64,000 bases of DNA from Nitrospiraceae bacterium (lineage in GTDB: Bacteria; Nitrospirota; Nitrospiria; Nitrospirales; Nitrospiraceae): NCBI GenBank assembly GCA_050246315.1, contig JBFWWG010000003.1, forward strand, positions 330,832 to 394,831, read 5' to 3'. The first letter of the stretch is position 1, and every line of letters starts with the position of its first letter. The position numbers and the translations under genes are program-made. Below are positions 30,268 through 41,971 of the stretch, piece by piece. The notes beneath the pieces were generated by a model, which was not told the DNA's origin, ran no database searches, and was given only the letters and a program-made list of their open reading frames with translations.

Positions 30268-31644
30268 ATGACCAAGCCTCGCCGACACACAGCCGCTCAT
30301 CTTCAACGATGGGATCGCCGCTACGTCTGGCACCCGTTTACCCAGATGCAGGAATGGGAGCAGGAACCGCCGCTCGTCATCCAATCGGGGAAGGGCGCCT
30401 ACGTGTACGACACCGACGGGCGGCGGTATCTCGACGGCGTGTCCTCCATGTGGCTCACGGTCCACGGACATCGACACCCGGGTCTGGACCGGGCCCTCCG
30501 GCAACAGATGAATCGGATCGCCCACAGCACGCTGCTCGGGCTCACGAGCCCGCCGGCCGTGCTCCTCGCCCGTGAGCTCGTGCGGATCGCGCCGCCGGGG
30601 CTCACGAAGGTCTTTTATTCGGACGACGGCTCGACCGCGATGGAGGTCGCGCTCAAGATGGCGCTCCAATATTGGGAGCAACGCAAACCGACCCTCACAC
30701 CCAAGAATCGGTTCCTGCATTTCAACCTCTCGTATCACGGCGATACGGCCGGCGCGATGAGCGTGGGCGGTATCGACCTGTTCCACGAACGGTACCGCGC
30801 GCTTCGGGTCCCGACCCTCACGGCCGAGCCGCCCTATTGTTATCGGTGTCCGCTCTCGTTGTCCTACCCATCTTGCCGTCTCCGCTGCCTCGACCCTGTG
30901 GCAGCACTGCTGAAGGCACGACACCGCGAGATTGCCGCAGTCGTGATCGAGCCACTGGTCCAAGCCGCGTCGGGCATGATCACCGCGCCCCGGGGCTATC
31001 TCTCGCGAATCAGGGAACTCTGCACCCGCTACCATGTCCTTCTGATCGCAGATGAAGTGGCCACGGGATTCGGACGGACCGGCCGACTCTTCGCCTGCGA
31101 ACATGAGCGCATCACACCTGATTTGATGGCCGTCAGCAAGGGGTTGACCGGCGGCTATCTCCCCTTGGCAGCCACCCTCGCAACCGACGAAATCTACCGC
31201 GCGTTCCTCGGCCGGTATGATGAATTCAAGACGTTCTTTCACGGCCACAGCTATACCGGCAATGCGCTCGGATGCGCCGTCGCCCTGGCCAACTTGGCGG
31301 TCTTCCGGAATGAACGCACCATTCGCGCACTCCAACCTAAAATCAAAGCCTTGAGCCAACTCCTCGAACCCTTGAACGACTGGCCGCATGTCGGCGACAT
31401 TCGCCAGCAGGGCTTCATGGTGGGGATCGAATTGGTTCAAGACCGGGCCACCAAAGTGCCCTATCCGCTGGCTGAGCGGATCGGCCACCGGGTGGCGCAG
31501 GAGGCCCGCACACGGGGGCTGCTGTTGCGTCCACTCGGCAACGTCATCGTGCTGATGCCACCCCTCGCCATCACCCTGTCCCAGTTGACCAGGCTCGTTC
31601 GGATCGCCTCCGCAAGCATTCGGACCGTCACCGCTGCAGCCTGA
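30268..31644 (+). CDS. bioA: Adenosylmethionine-8-amino-7-oxononanoate aminotransferase
   Basis: WHPFTQM, DGVSSMW, SDDGSTAMEVALKMA, YHGDT, DEVATGFGRTG, KGLTGGYLP, HGHSYTGN. Confidence 0.96.
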   Translation: MTKPRRHTAAHLQRWDRRYVWHPFTQMQEWEQEPPLVIQSGKGAYVYDTDGRRYLDGVSSMWLTVHGHRHPGLDRALRQQMNRIAHSTLLGLTSPPAVLLARELVRIAPPGLTKVFYSDDGSTAMEVALKMALQYWEQRKPTLTPKNRFLHFNLSYHGDTAGAMSVGGIDLFHERYRALRVPTLTAEPPYCYRCPLSLSYPSCRLRCLDPVAALLKARHREIAAVVIEPLVQAASGMITAPRGYLSRIRELCTRYHVLLIADEVATGFGRTGRLFACEHERITPDLMAVSKGLTGGYLPLAATLATDEIYRAFLGRYDEFKTFFHGHSYTGNALGCAVALANLAVFRNERTIRALQPKIKALSQLLEPLNDWPHVGDIRQQGFMVGIELVQDRATKVPYPLAERIGHRVAQEARTRGLLLRPLGNVIVLMPPLAITLSQLTRLVRIASASIRTVTAAA

Positions 31645-31932
31645 CCGCCTCCCGTTTCGTGCTGCGGCGGCACATCCGTGTGCCAAGTGCCACAGTCTCT
31701 GTACGAATTTCTCCGGCTGCCAGGCCGCCCTGAAGTGCGCCCCACTTGAGGGTATGGGACCATTTTCGTCCTACTCCAGCGCTTCCCCTGTCGGAGGAAT
31801 CCAAACCATGCGGATTGCCGATAAGTTCCCAGGGCGACATTTTGTCGTCATATGGCGAATGCGCGGAGACAGGCCGAGAGGGATTCAGGCTCGGAGCCAG
31901 GTGCACATCTTGCTGATACCGCTCCCGCTAGA

Positions 31933-33177
31933 ATGGCTCCCACGGCCGATCCACAGGCCCCTCCGACCAGCGGAATACTGCTGGTCAGTCTCCTGACACT
32001 CCTGAGCGCTCTCTTGATTCCCTCGCACGCTCGGGCCTTCGGTCCCTCAAACCACATCTCAAGCCTGACTCCTCGTAGCCTGCCTCCTTCGATCTCGGGC
32101 AACACCGTCGCGCTTCCGAATTGGTTCTCCGATCTGGTGCACGACACCACGGTCACCACCATCACCGTCACGCCTGTCAATCCGTTTCTCCGGTTGAAGG
32201 ATCTGCGTCCTGATTCCGAAATGCCCGGCAGCAACGGACTCCGTTCCTCCTCGCTCCTGCTAAGCGGCAAATTTGTCGCGGAGAGCGAACTCTCCAGAAA
32301 TCTCCCCGAGAGTGCCGCGTCGATCCGCGGAGAATCCTCCGATCAGCGCATGATACGAGTCGCTCTGATGAGCGCCGCCGGGTCAGTTCGGTACGGTCTC
32401 GCCTATCGTCTGGCCGGGAAAGAGTTCGTGAATGCGCCCGATCAGCAGGTCAAGGAACTCTGGGGGGAATGGAGCCACGGGCATGCCAGGTTGCGCACGT
32501 CAGTTGCGGAGTTCTCCAACAATATCGACGCCGACCCCGCGCGTCCTCGCACGGCTCAGACCCAAGGCACCATGTTACTAGCGTATGCCCGCCCATCCTG
32601 GCCGGAATTCAGCCTCAGCTATACCAGAAGTCTGATTGAAGGCTCCGGAACCGTGACGGGCCTCGTCCCGCAGAAAAGCCTGGCCGACCGGCTTGAAGGG
32701 GCGGTCGCCATCGCGCGCCCGAATTGGAACGCACGCATGTCCTCCAGCTATGTCGTCGCCAACGATCAATTGCTGTCGAGATCGGATACCGTGTCCTACA
32801 TTCAGACGATCTCAAGCACATTTCGCCCTCTTGCCCCCATCACGTTCACATCCATGTTGATGTATCGGAGCGATGTCCAAGACTGGACTGGGGTGCGAAT
32901 CCATCAGCCGACGGCCTCTTTCTCGATCACCTATGACTGCGCCGCGCAGATCCGATTCAGCGCGCTCGGCGGGTACGCCAGCACCCGCTCCAGCGACGGC
33001 CTTATCGACAACGAAAGTCTGAACAGCAAAGGCATCCTCACTTGGTATCCTCTCGACACCAGGCTGGCGCAGGTATCGTTCGAAACCGGTTACAGTCGCA
33101 CGATCATCGGCGGCAGCGTTCAGATGATGACGGAAGATATATCGGGATTGGTGAAGTTCAAACTGAGGACGAACTAA
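31933..33177 (+). CDS. Hypothetical exported protein, probable outer-membrane beta-barrel
   Basis: Signal peptide ending ARA; alternating amphipathic beta strands (FSLSYTRS, ASFSITYD, VSFETGYSRT, GLVKFKL). Start at 31933 or 31852. Confidence 0.65.
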   Translation: MAPTADPQAPPTSGILLVSLLTLLSALLIPSHARAFGPSNHISSLTPRSLPPSISGNTVALPNWFSDLVHDTTVTTITVTPVNPFLRLKDLRPDSEMPGSNGLRSSSLLLSGKFVAESELSRNLPESAASIRGESSDQRMIRVALMSAAGSVRYGLAYRLAGKEFVNAPDQQVKELWGEWSHGHARLRTSVAEFSNNIDADPARPRTAQTQGTMLLAYARPSWPEFSLSYTRSLIEGSGTVTGLVPQKSLADRLEGAVAIARPNWNARMSSSYVVANDQLLSRSDTVSYIQTISSTFRPLAPITFTSMLMYRSDVQDWTGVRIHQPTASFSITYDCAAQIRFSALGGYASTRSSDGLIDNESLNSKGILTWYPLDTRLAQVSFETGYSRTIIGGSVQMMTEDISGLVKFKLRTN

Positions 33178-33185
33178 CCCGCAAC

Positions 33186-33233
33186 CTCGGCGGCTCAGTT
33201 GCTCGGCGGCTCAGTTGCTCGGCGGCTCTGTTG
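33186..33233. repeat. 16-bp tandem repeat x3
   Basis: CTCGGCGGCTCAGTTG twice, then CTCGGCGGCTCTGTTG, with no spacers. Confidence 0.9.
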
Positions 33234-33319
33234 GAGGACCGTCGCATACACCCTTTCGCCAGACACTGCTCGGCTCGCGGTAAGCGCGCCCACCCGTCCC
33301 TTCGCGCATAATGAGCCGA

Positions 33320-34126
33320 TCACGACACCTCAATCGTCTCGCCGACTCTGATGTCCAGCGCCGTGGCAGCGCTACCTTCCTTGAGAAAAATCTCGACCTG
33401 ACCGTTGCTGTTGATGAGGGCGCGGGGAGCCGCTGGCTCACCGTCCTCGTAATTCGCCGCCAGCCCCGTCGTGGTAAGAGTCCCGAGGCGAATGCGCAGG
33501 TCTTCAACCGAAGTTTTGGTGATACCGGAGATTTCCCGCAGGTGGTAGCGCGTCAGGTTGGAAATCAGATTCCCGAACCGGTCGATGTACACAACCCGGC
33601 CACGCAAGACCCCGCCCCGAACCTCGGGTTGGTTGAGCGGCAATGTGACAAAGTCTTGCACGAGCCGGCCGTAGGAGCCGGGTTGCTGTCCCCGCGTCAA
33701 CCACCCGGCCGAAGGTGCAAACAGATCGCGCCCGTCGAAAGTCGCGCCTTCGGAATCCAACCGGTACTGTTTGTTCTCGATTTGCCGAACCTCGACTCCG
33801 ACCTCGTCGTTCAGCACATAGGTCAGCAAGCCATTGTCGGGCGCCAGAAAGTGGAACCGAGAACTCGTCGCCAACAGCGGACGCCGTGTCGTGCCGACCC
33901 CGGGATCGACGACCGCCACATGAACGGTGCCCTCCGGGAAGTAGTGATAGGACGATTTGAGCAGATAGGCGGCTTCCTCAATGTTGTGGGGAGTGACGTG
34001 GTGGGACAGATCGACAATCCGGGCCTGTGGATTGATGCCCAGAATCACACCTTTCATGCTCGCGACGAAACAATCACGGTCTCCGAAATCCGTGAGCAGC
34101 GTCACGACCGAGATCGCCTGCGGCAT
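33320..34126 (-). CDS. DUF62 SAM hydroxide adenosyltransferase / chlorinase-fluorinase family protein
   Basis: TLLTDFG, VHVAVVDPGVGTTRR, APDNGLL, TFDGRDLFAP, YIDRFGNLISN. Confidence 0.93.
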   Translation of the reverse strand: MPQAISVVTLLTDFGDRDCFVASMKGVILGINPQARIVDLSHHVTPHNIEEAAYLLKSSYHYFPEGTVHVAVVDPGVGTTRRPLLATSSRFHFLAPDNGLLTYVLNDEVGVEVRQIENKQYRLDSEGATFDGRDLFAPSAGWLTRGQQPGSYGRLVQDFVTLPLNQPEVRGGVLRGRVVYIDRFGNLISNLTRYHLREISGITKTSVEDLRIRLGTLTTTGLAANYEDGEPAAPRALINSNGQVEIFLKEGSAATALDIRVGETIEVS

Positions 34127-34127
34127 C

Positions 34128-34604
34128 TCACACGTCCTCGAACCGGATCTCGAGTACCTCGTATTCGACGACCCGGACCGGGGTCGTCACCTCGACCAGT
34201 TCCCCCACTCGCTTCCCGATCAGCGCGCGCCCGACCGGCGATTGTACCGAAATCTTGCCGTCCTTCAGATCGGCCTCATCCTGGCCGACCAGCATGTATT
34301 GCTTTTTCTGCTGGGATTCCTGCTCGACGACGACCACCGTCGCGCCGAACACGATGGTCTCGCTCGTGCGTCCCGAAATCTCCACGATGCGCGCATCGGC
34401 CAGCTTGCGCTCGATCTCCGCAATCCGAGCTTCGATGAACCCCTGCCGCTCTTTCGCGGCATCGTATTCGGCGTTCTCACTCAAATCTCCGTGTCCGCGC
34501 GCCTCGGCGATGGCCTCGATGACCTTCGGTCGTTCGACCTTCCGCAATCGATCCAGTTCCGCCTTGAGCGCTTCGTACCCTTTCTTGGTGATCGGTGTCG
34601 GCAT
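34128..34604 (-). CDS. greA: Transcription elongation factor GreA
   Basis: [30 protein letters not shown]. Confidence 0.98.
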   Translation of the reverse strand: MPTPITKKGYEALKAELDRLRKVERPKVIEAIAEARGHGDLSENAEYDAAKERQGFIEARIAEIERKLADARIVEISGRTSETIVFGATVVVVEQESQQKKQYMLVGQDEADLKDGKISVQSPVGRALIGKRVGELVEVTTPVRVVEYEVLEIRFEDV

Positions 34605-34619
34605 ATCGGTCCTACATCC

Positions 34620-37600
34620 CTAGTTCGTGGTGTGATGATGGTATTCCTGGAGAGAACAAATCGACAACGGCCGCTGGATCTCCGCCTCGATTCCCATGAC
34701 CGCCGCCAGCGCGCCCCGCATGGTCGTAAAGTACGGCACCCCCCGATGCAGTGCCTCCCGGCGGATCGACAAGGAATCGGCCTTGGCGGACACGCTTCCA
34801 ACGGTATTGACCACCAAGCTGATCTCCCCGTTCTTGATGTGATCGACGATGTGCGGCCGTCCTTCATGGACCTTGTTGACGGTCTGGACGTCAAGGCCTC
34901 GCTCACGGAGAAACCGGGCCGTGCCGTCCGTCGCTTCAAGCCGGAATCCGAGCATCAACAGTCGGCGCGCCACTTCCAGCAGCAGGCGGCGGTCGCGCTG
35001 CGTGACACTCAGGAATGCCGTGCCCCGACGCGGCAGCGGCGCGTTAGCCGCACTCTGCGACTTGGCGAAGGCCCATCCAAAGTCCGCATCGATCCCCATG
35101 ACTTCGCCGGTGGATTTCATCTCCGGTCCCAGCAAGACATCGACCCCCGCGAACTTACTGAAGGGAAAGACGGCTTCCTTGACCGACACATAGCCGGGCG
35201 TACGCGCCGCAGTGAAACCAAGATCCTCAAGCGTCCGACCGACCATGAGTTTCATCGCAAGCTTCGCCAAGGGTACGCCGATAGCCTTGCTCACGAACGG
35301 CACGGTCCGTGAGGCACGCGGGTTCACCTCAAGGACGTACACCTGTTCGCCCTTCACCGCGAACTGCGCGTTCATGAGTCCGACCACGCCGAGTTCCAGC
35401 GCCAAGGCCGTCATTTGCCGTTCGATCTCTGCAACCACCGACGGCGGCAAGGTATAGGGCGGCAGAGAACAGGCGGAGTCGCCCGAATGGACGCCGGCTT
35501 CTTCGATATGTTCCATGATGCCGGCCACCACCACCCTGGTGCCGTCGGAGATGGCGTCCGCATCGACCTCGATGGCGTCATCGAGGTACTTGTCGATCAG
35601 CACCGGATGGCTCCCAGACGACTGCACAGCCGACGTCATGTAGGTCAAGAGGCCCGCGTCATCATAGACGATCTGCATGGCTCGCCCCCCCAGCACATAC
35701 GAGGGACGCACCATCACCGGATAGCCGATCCGTTGCGCCACCCGGCGCGCCTCGTCCGCCGACCGGGCCATCCCGCTGTCCGCCTGTTTGAGACCGAGCT
35801 TCATCAGTAGATCTCGAAATCGCTCCCGGTCCTCGGCTCGATCGATCGCATCAGGACCGGTACCGAGAATCTGCACGCCCGCACGAGCCAGCGGCACCGA
35901 CAGTTTGAGCGGTGTCTGGCCGCCGAACTGCACCACGATGCCCATGGGCTGTTCTCGTTCCACGATGTTCAACACATCCTCCTCGGTCAACGGCTCAAAA
36001 TACAGCCGGTCGGAGGTGTCGTAATCCGTGCTGACGGTCTCCGGGTTACAGTTGACCATGATCGTCTGTACGCCTTCTTCCCGCAAGGCCATGGCGGCAT
36101 GCACGCAGCAATAGTCAAATTCGATTCCCTGCCCGATTCGATTGGGACCGCCACCGAGAATCATGACCTTTCTTCCGTTCGTCGGTCGCGCCTCGCATTC
36201 CTGCCCGTAGGTCGAGTAGAGATACGGCGTATGGGCCTCGAACTCCGCGGCACACGTATCCACCCGCTTGTACACCACACGACGACCCGACACGACCTCC
36301 ATCTGCCCCGTACGGACGGCCCGCACAAGGGCAGCGTTGACTCCTACAAGCGTGGCGATGCGCTCGTCGGCGAAGCCCTGCTCCTTCGCCATCGCCAAAT
36401 GCTCGATGGCCGCCGTTGACAGATGCGGCGCTCCCGCCGCCGTCGCCTCGACGGCGGCCCAGGATGCGGTATCCTGCACCAGTACGCCCTCGAAGCCGAT
36501 GAGGTCCCCAAGTTGATCTAGGAACCATGGATCGATCTGGGTCAGGGCGAACAATTCCTCCGCGCTCATCCCCAATCGCAGGCCATCCGCCACCCGCCAC
36601 AGGCGGTCAGGATGGGGCGTCCGCAGGGACGCCACCACTTGCTCTTTGGCCGTCGCGCGGTCCAGGCCGGGCGGCAGGCCCCGATCCCATCCGTAGCGCG
36701 AGACCAACCCATACCGATCCACTTCGAGGGAGCGCACCGCCTTGAGCATCGCTTCGCGAAAGGTCCGCCCGATCGCCATCGCTTCTCCGACCGATTTCAT
36801 CTGCGTGGTCAACGTCGGATCGGCGCCGGGAAACTTCTGAAACGCAAACCGCGGAATCTTCACCACGACATAATCAATCGTCGGTTCGAAGGAGGCCTTG
36901 GTGACCGTCGTGATGTCGTTCGTAATTTCGTCCAACGTATACCCGACGGCGAGCTTCGCCGCGATCTTCGCGATCGGGAACCCAGTGGCCTTGGACGCCA
37001 GCGCGGAGCTTCGCGACACGCGGGGATTCATCTCGATGACGACGAGTTCGCCGTTCTGCGGATTGACACCGAACTGGATATTGGACCCGCCGGTATCCAC
37101 CCCGATTTCCCGGATGATCCGCACGGCCGCGTCTCGCATCCGCTGGTATTCCTTGTCCGTAAGCGTCATCGCGGGGGCCACCGTGATGCTGTCGCCGGTG
37201 TGGACGCCCATCGGGTCGAAATTCTCGATCGGGCACACGATCACGACGTTATCCTTAAGGTCGCGCATCACCTCAAGCTCATACTCCTTCCACCCGATTA
37301 CGGACTGCTCGACCAACACTTCACCCACCGGGCTCATCGCCAGCCCCCAGTCCACCACCCGCTCGAACTCCTCCCGGTTGTACGCGATGTTGCCGCCGGT
37401 TCCCCCCAAGGTGAAGGAGGGCCGGACGATCGCAGGAAAGCCGACCTCGGTCAGGATCTGTAACGCCTGGTCGCGCGACTTGGCGACCCCGCTTGTCGGC
37501 GTCGCCAGTCCGATCCGTCGCATCGCCTGCTTGAACGCATCGCGGTCCTCGGCTTTGTGAATCGCTTCAGCCGAAGCCCCGATCAGGCGGACTCCGAACT

Positions 37601-37928
37601 GCTTCAGCACGCCGGAACGGACGAGTTCCATCGTGACGTTGAGGGCTGTTTGGCCCCCCATCGTCGGCAACAACGCGTCCGGCCGCTCGCGTTCAATCAC
37701 CTGAGCCACCACCGCGGGGGTGATGGGCTCCACATAGGTCCGATTGGCCAGTTCCGGGTCCGTCATGATCGTGGCCGGATTACTGTTGATCAGGACCACG
37801 CGATAGCCCTCTTCTCGCAGGGCCTTACAGGCCTGCGTTCCGGAATAGTCGAATTCGCAGGCCTGGCCGATGATGATCGGGCCGGAGCCGATCAGGAGGA
37901 CGGTCTTGATGTCGGTTCGTCTAGGCAC
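34620..37928 (-). CDS. carB: Carbamoyl-phosphate synthase large subunit
   Basis: [55 protein letters not shown] domain. Confidence 0.99.
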   Translation of the reverse strand: MPRRTDIKTVLLIGSGPIIIGQACEFDYSGTQACKALREEGYRVVLINSNPATIMTDPELANRTYVEPITPAVVAQVIERERPDALLPTMGGQTALNVTMELVRSGVLKQFGVRLIGASAEAIHKAEDRDAFKQAMRRIGLATPTSGVAKSRDQALQILTEVGFPAIVRPSFTLGGTGGNIAYNREEFERVVDWGLAMSPVGEVLVEQSVIGWKEYELEVMRDLKDNVVIVCPIENFDPMGVHTGDSITVAPAMTLTDKEYQRMRDAAVRIIREIGVDTGGSNIQFGVNPQNGELVVIEMNPRVSRSSALASKATGFPIAKIAAKLAVGYTLDEITNDITTVTKASFEPTIDYVVVKIPRFAFQKFPGADPTLTTQMKSVGEAMAIGRTFREAMLKAVRSLEVDRYGLVSRYGWDRGLPPGLDRATAKEQVVASLRTPHPDRLWRVADGLRLGMSAEELFALTQIDPWFLDQLGDLIGFEGVLVQDTASWAAVEATAAGAPHLSTAAIEHLAMAKEQGFADERIATLVGVNAALVRAVRTGQMEVVSGRRVVYKRVDTCAAEFEAHTPYLYSTYGQECEARPTNGRKVMILGGGPNRIGQGIEFDYCCVHAAMALREEGVQTIMVNCNPETVSTDYDTSDRLYFEPLTEEDVLNIVEREQPMGIVVQFGGQTPLKLSVPLARAGVQILGTGPDAIDRAEDRERFRDLLMKLGLKQADSGMARSADEARRVAQRIGYPVMVRPSYVLGGRAMQIVYDDAGLLTYMTSAVQSSGSHPVLIDKYLDDAIEVDADAISDGTRVVVAGIMEHIEEAGVHSGDSACSLPPYTLPPSVVAEIERQMTALALELGVVGLMNAQFAVKGEQVYVLEVNPRASRTVPFVSKAIGVPLAKLAMKLMVGRTLEDLGFTAARTPGYVSVKEAVFPFSKFAGVDVLLGPEMKSTGEVMGIDADFGWAFAKSQSAANAPLPRRGTAFLSVTQRDRRLLLEVARRLLMLGFRLEATDGTARFLRERGLDVQTVNKVHEGRPHIVDHIKNGEISLVVNTVGSVSAKADSLSIRREALHRGVPYFTTMRGALAAVMGIEAEIQRPLSICSLQEYHHHTTN

Positions 37929-37952
37929 GAGCGGGTCTCCTCGTCAAACGGT

Positions 37953-38891
37953 TCATCCGTAGTGCGGCGGCGACGTGATAATTGGCGGCAGCTTGATCGG
38001 CTCGGACGGAAGCGGCTCGCCCCCGTCCGGCCGGTAATGCCGGAGCGCGTCCGGCATCCAGGCTTCGATCTGGTTCATGCGGGTGACGTCCGACGGGTGC
38101 GTGGACAAAAACTCAGGGATTGCCGCTGCGGACCGAAAACAAAGTTTGTCGATCATGTTGCGAGGGCACCCGCTCATCCGTTCCCAAAAGGGTAGGGCCT
38201 CGCGCGGATCGTACCCGGCCTGTGCCATCAGTCTCAGCCCGATATAATCCGCCTCGGATTCCTGTTTGCGGTTGAACGGCAGGGAGACGCCCACCCCGTA
38301 TGCGCTCTGGAGTCCGATCATGGCACCCGGCGGAACCGCGCCCGTCGCCGCGGCGGCGATTGTCCCGAGGGCCGCGATCTGCTCCAATACGCCCCGGCTC
38401 ATCCGTTCGGCTCCGTGTCGTTGCAGCGCATGGGCGACTTCATGCCCCATGACGGTAGCCAGCCCCTCTTCCGACTGCGTGTACTTAAGCAGTCCCGTGA
38501 AGACCGCCACCTTGCCGCCGGGCAGACAGAATGCGTTCGCGATCCGGTCCTCTTGAATAACCGCGAATTCCCAATGGTACTCCGGCTTGTTGGCAACCTT
38601 CGCGATCCGCTCCCCGACTCGATGGATCAGCTCGTTCTTCTCCACGCTGGGACTCAGCGGCGCTCCCCGCAGCACATCGCGAAAGGCGGCCGTACCCATC
38701 GCCATTTCCTTCTCCTCGGAAATAAAAATGAGTTGATCGCGGGCCGTGCCCGGAGCTTTATAACAGCTCTGTAGACTCCCAAGTGACACCCCGGCGGCGC
38801 AGCAGGCCGCCGTCCGGGCGAGCAGCCCGAGCATGGCGCGCCGATTCAGCGGAGTCGTCAACCACGATTCCAGTCCGTGCTCGGTTTCCAT
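37953..38891 (-). CDS. M48 (Oma1/LoiP-like) zinc metallopeptidase, predicted Tat lipoprotein
   Basis: NAFCLPGG, GHEVAHA (HExxH), QESEAD, STHP; NRRAML twin-Arg and LQSC lipobox-like. Confidence 0.92.
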   Translation of the reverse strand: METEHGLESWLTTPLNRRAMLGLLARTAACCAAGVSLGSLQSCYKAPGTARDQLIFISEEKEMAMGTAAFRDVLRGAPLSPSVEKNELIHRVGERIAKVANKPEYHWEFAVIQEDRIANAFCLPGGKVAVFTGLLKYTQSEEGLATVMGHEVAHALQRHGAERMSRGVLEQIAALGTIAAAATGAVPPGAMIGLQSAYGVGVSLPFNRKQESEADYIGLRLMAQAGYDPREALPFWERMSGCPRNMIDKLCFRSAAAIPEFLSTHPSDVTRMNQIEAWMPDALRHYRPDGGEPLPSEPIKLPPIITSPPHYG

Positions 38892-39244
38892 TGCTCTGCT
38901 GTCACCTCTCGGTACACCATCTCCCGGCCGAACGACTTTCTCGCCTCTCGGCCTTGGCGCTCGTCCGACTCATGTGAATTTAAGTCAGCGGGTCGCTTCC
39001 GGCGGCTCCGACCTAGCGGTCTTCGTCCACATGATTCATGATGGTTCGTAACGAAACCGCCGAGACGCCAAGTGCTGGATCCATTGCATAGAGAAGCGCA
39101 ATGGATACCTCCACGAGGGGCGAGCCTGCCCGTTTGGGAGCCAAGAACGCGCTCCCGATCTCGTCGCAGCCGGAGCACCTGTTGCTTCTTGGCGGCAACG
39201 TGTCGCACGGCTGTTGCAGCAGAAGCATTCATGAATCATGTGGG

Positions 39245-40207
39245 TTAGGGCATCCAGAGATACATGAATTGCGGCGTCCCGCCTCGTACCAATGTAAAGA
39301 GGTCCAACGAAGGAAAGGTCGGCCACGCCCCCGGGTCACCGGACAAACGAGAATAGATATTATTCCGATACTCCCCCGGCCGGCGATAGGTGACCACTCG
39401 AACGTTCGAGACCTTGGCCCGTTTCTTGGCGAGATCCACCGCATCGTCGAGATACCCGATCGCATCGATCAAGCCCGCCTCTTTCGCCTGCTCACCCGTG
39501 TAAATTCGGCCGTCCGCCAACTTGCGGATCTGCTCGGCGGAAAGATTCGGTCGGCCCTCCTGAATCACGGTGAGAAATCGGTGATAAAGCTGATCGATCA
39601 CGCCCTGAAATATCTCCCGCTCCTCAGGGCTCATGGCGCGGAACGGAGAGCCCATGTCCTTGCGCGGTCCCGACGTCACGGCATTGGCCTCCACCCCGAC
39701 CTTTTCCAGCAGGCCGCGGGCATTGACCGTCAACATGATGACGCCCAAACTCCCGGTGACCGACGAAGGATGCGCCATGATGGTATCCGCCGCGGCTGCC
39801 ACGTAATACCCTCCAGAGGCGCCCACGTCCACAATCGAGGCCACAACCGGCACTTTCTTTTGTCGCTTAAAGCTAAGGATTTCGTGATACAGGATGTCCG
39901 AAGCCGTGACCGTTCCACCTGGGCTGTTGATGCGCAGAAGCAGGCCTTTGATTCGGTCGTCCTTCGCCGCCAACTCCAGTTGCTCCTTCAGCTCTGAGAG
40001 CATGCTGGGCTGGCTGATAAACCCTTCTTTCTCTTGTGAGCTGATCACGCCGGAGAGATCCACCAGGAGAATTTTATCCTTACCCGTCCCGCTTAAGACT
40101 TCCTCCTTCAACGGTCCCGGACCGGGAGGCAGATTGATCGTCACGCATCCCGCCAACGACGCGAACCAGACCACCAACACGATCGGCACGAACAGACTCC
40201 TAGCCAT
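39245..40207 (-). CDS. sppA: Signal peptide peptidase SppA (S49), lipoprotein
   Basis: LAGC lipobox, [30 protein letters not shown]. Confidence 0.95.
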   Translation of the reverse strand: MARSLFVPIVLVVWFASLAGCVTINLPPGPGPLKEEVLSGTGKDKILLVDLSGVISSQEKEGFISQPSMLSELKEQLELAAKDDRIKGLLLRINSPGGTVTASDILYHEILSFKRQKKVPVVASIVDVGASGGYYVAAAADTIMAHPSSVTGSLGVIMLTVNARGLLEKVGVEANAVTSGPRKDMGSPFRAMSPEEREIFQGVIDQLYHRFLTVIQEGRPNLSAEQIRKLADGRIYTGEQAKEAGLIDAIGYLDDAVDLAKKRAKVSNVRVVTYRRPGEYRNNIYSRLSGDPGAWPTFPSLDLFTLVRGGTPQFMYLWMP

Positions 40208-41393
40208 GGTGCTTCTCCATCATCTGAGTGAATTCCTGAAACAGGTGGGCGGAGTCGTGCGGGCCAGGCGAGGCCTCCGGATGGTATTGAACCGAAAAGA
40301 CCGGCTGATCCAGCCCGACCAACCCCTCGACAGAGCCGTCGTTTAAACTACAATGGCTGATCTGAACCCGTCCCAACGCCGTATCCACCACGCGCGCGAG
40401 GTCCTGCGCCACCGCCCCCGGCGCCTGCACTGCAAAATTATGGTTTTGAGAGGTGATTTCAACCGTGCGGGTCCTCAGGTCCATGACCGGATGATTGGCT
40501 CCGTGATGGCCGAATTTCAGCTTGTAGGTTCTCAACCCCATCGCTAAGCCGACTAGTTGGTGGCCGAGGCAGATGCCCATCAACGGCCGTCGCCCGATCA
40601 ATGCCTTGACCGCTGCGCTCGCATAGGGAACGCCTTCCGGATCACCCGGTCCGTTGGAGAGCACCACCCCGTCCGGATTCAATCGCAGCACCTCCGCCGC
40701 CGGCGTCGCGGCCGGCACGACCGTCACGGCACAGCCGACGTCGACTAACCGGCGCAGGATGTTTTGCTTGACACCGAAATCATAGACCACCACCCGATAT
40801 CGGCCCGTTCGAGCCAACTTCATGCGTGGCGCCTGACCTCGCGCGCCTCCCTCCGGCTCATCCGGGCGCCAAGGATCGGACCCCTCGGTCCACTCGTAGG
40901 CACGATCGCAGGTGACTTCCTTGACCAGGTCGCGTCCCACGATGTTTAGGGCGGAACCGGCCTTCACAACAAGTCGCTCTGCATCAAGCTCAAGATGGGA
41001 GATGACCGCCTGCTGCGCTCCCTGCTCGCGCAAATGCCGCGTGAGGGCCCGCGTATCGATGCCTTGAATGCCGACGACGCGCGCCTCACGCAGGTACGCA
41101 TCCAACGACTGGTGGCTGCGCCAATTGCTCGGCTGCCGGCTGCCTTCCGTCACCACAAATCCCTCCGTCCAGACTCTGCGGGATTCCACATCCTCCCTGG
41201 CAACGCCATAATTCCCGATGTGGGGACAGGTCATTGTGACGATCTGTCCTTTATAGGAGGGATCCGTCAGGATCTCCTGGTACCCGGTCATGGCCGTGTT
41301 GAAGACGACTTCGCCGATCGTCTCCCCTTCGTGTCCGAGCGCCAGTCCCCGAAAGACCGTTCCATCCGCTAACGCCAACATGGCCGGTTTCAT
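40200..41393 (-). CDS. carA: Carbamoyl-phosphate synthase small subunit
   Basis: [41 protein letters not shown]. Confidence 0.99.
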   Translation of the reverse strand: MKPAMLALADGTVFRGLALGHEGETIGEVVFNTAMTGYQEILTDPSYKGQIVTMTCPHIGNYGVAREDVESRRVWTEGFVVTEGSRQPSNWRSHQSLDAYLREARVVGIQGIDTRALTRHLREQGAQQAVISHLELDAERLVVKAGSALNIVGRDLVKEVTCDRAYEWTEGSDPWRPDEPEGGARGQAPRMKLARTGRYRVVVYDFGVKQNILRRLVDVGCAVTVVPAATPAAEVLRLNPDGVVLSNGPGDPEGVPYASAAVKALIGRRPLMGICLGHQLVGLAMGLRTYKLKFGHHGANHPVMDLRTRTVEITSQNHNFAVQAPGAVAQDLARVVDTALGRVQISHCSLNDGSVEGLVGLDQPVFSVQYHPEASPGPHDSAHLFQEFTQMMEKHHG

Positions 41394-41971
41394 AACGCCA
41401 CCGTGATCGTCGATGAGGGCCGGCCCGCCGGATGCGCCGTCGACAACCATGTCCGAACTTTGACGACCATCAGCGCCACCCCTGCACTCAAATTCACCAG
41501 GTACAGGGGCCGCGCGACCGTATGAGTCATGAAAAAGAAGGAGTCCCAGGCCGATTTTCGCGTGGCCTCGTCCTTCGCCGTAAAGGCCTGTTCTTGGAGC
41601 GCCATCGCGGCCGGATGGAGCCACAGGCCAATGAGGAGCGCGAGCACGATCATCCCGAGCGTCAAGATTACCTCCGCCTTTCCCGGAGCCAGCAATGGCT
41701 CCTCGATCCTCCGATTGAGTCGAATTCGCCCACCTGTCGCCACTCCAAGGCACAACAGGCACGCCAGCGTGGCCCAACTATAGCCGCTGAAGACCCTCGT
41801 CAGAAATCGACCACCCGGTTCCGTGCCCCCGAACGAATTGAACACCGCGGGGATCACGTCTGCAATGATGATGATGAGTCCGCCGATCCAAACGGCCAGT
41901 GAGAGCATTTCCACCGTGGCGCAGAGCACCAACAGTCGCCACCGCAGCGGTGTCCATGCCTCAGGGGTCAT
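41390..41971 (-). CDS. DUF4149-like integral membrane protein
   Basis: Four TM helices; VWIGG...PAVF...GRFLTRVF pattern; overlaps both neighbours by 4 nt. Confidence 0.75.
   Translation of the reverse strand: MTPEAWTPLRWRLLVLCATVEMLSLAVWIGGLIIIIADVIPAVFNSFGGTEPGGRFLTRVFSGYSWATLACLLCLGVATGGRIRLNRRIEEPLLAPGKAEVILTLGMIVLALLIGLWLHPAAMALQEQAFTAKDEATRKSAWDSFFFMTHTVARPLYLVNLSAGVALMVVKVRTWLSTAHPAGRPSSTITVAL

Noticed and set aside
33186..33233. CRISPR array
   Set aside because: 16-bp units are contiguous without spacers; no cas genes.
38858..39326. Small ORFs between sppA and the M48 peptidase
   Set aside because: Three overlapping frames, none with SD or recognisable features.
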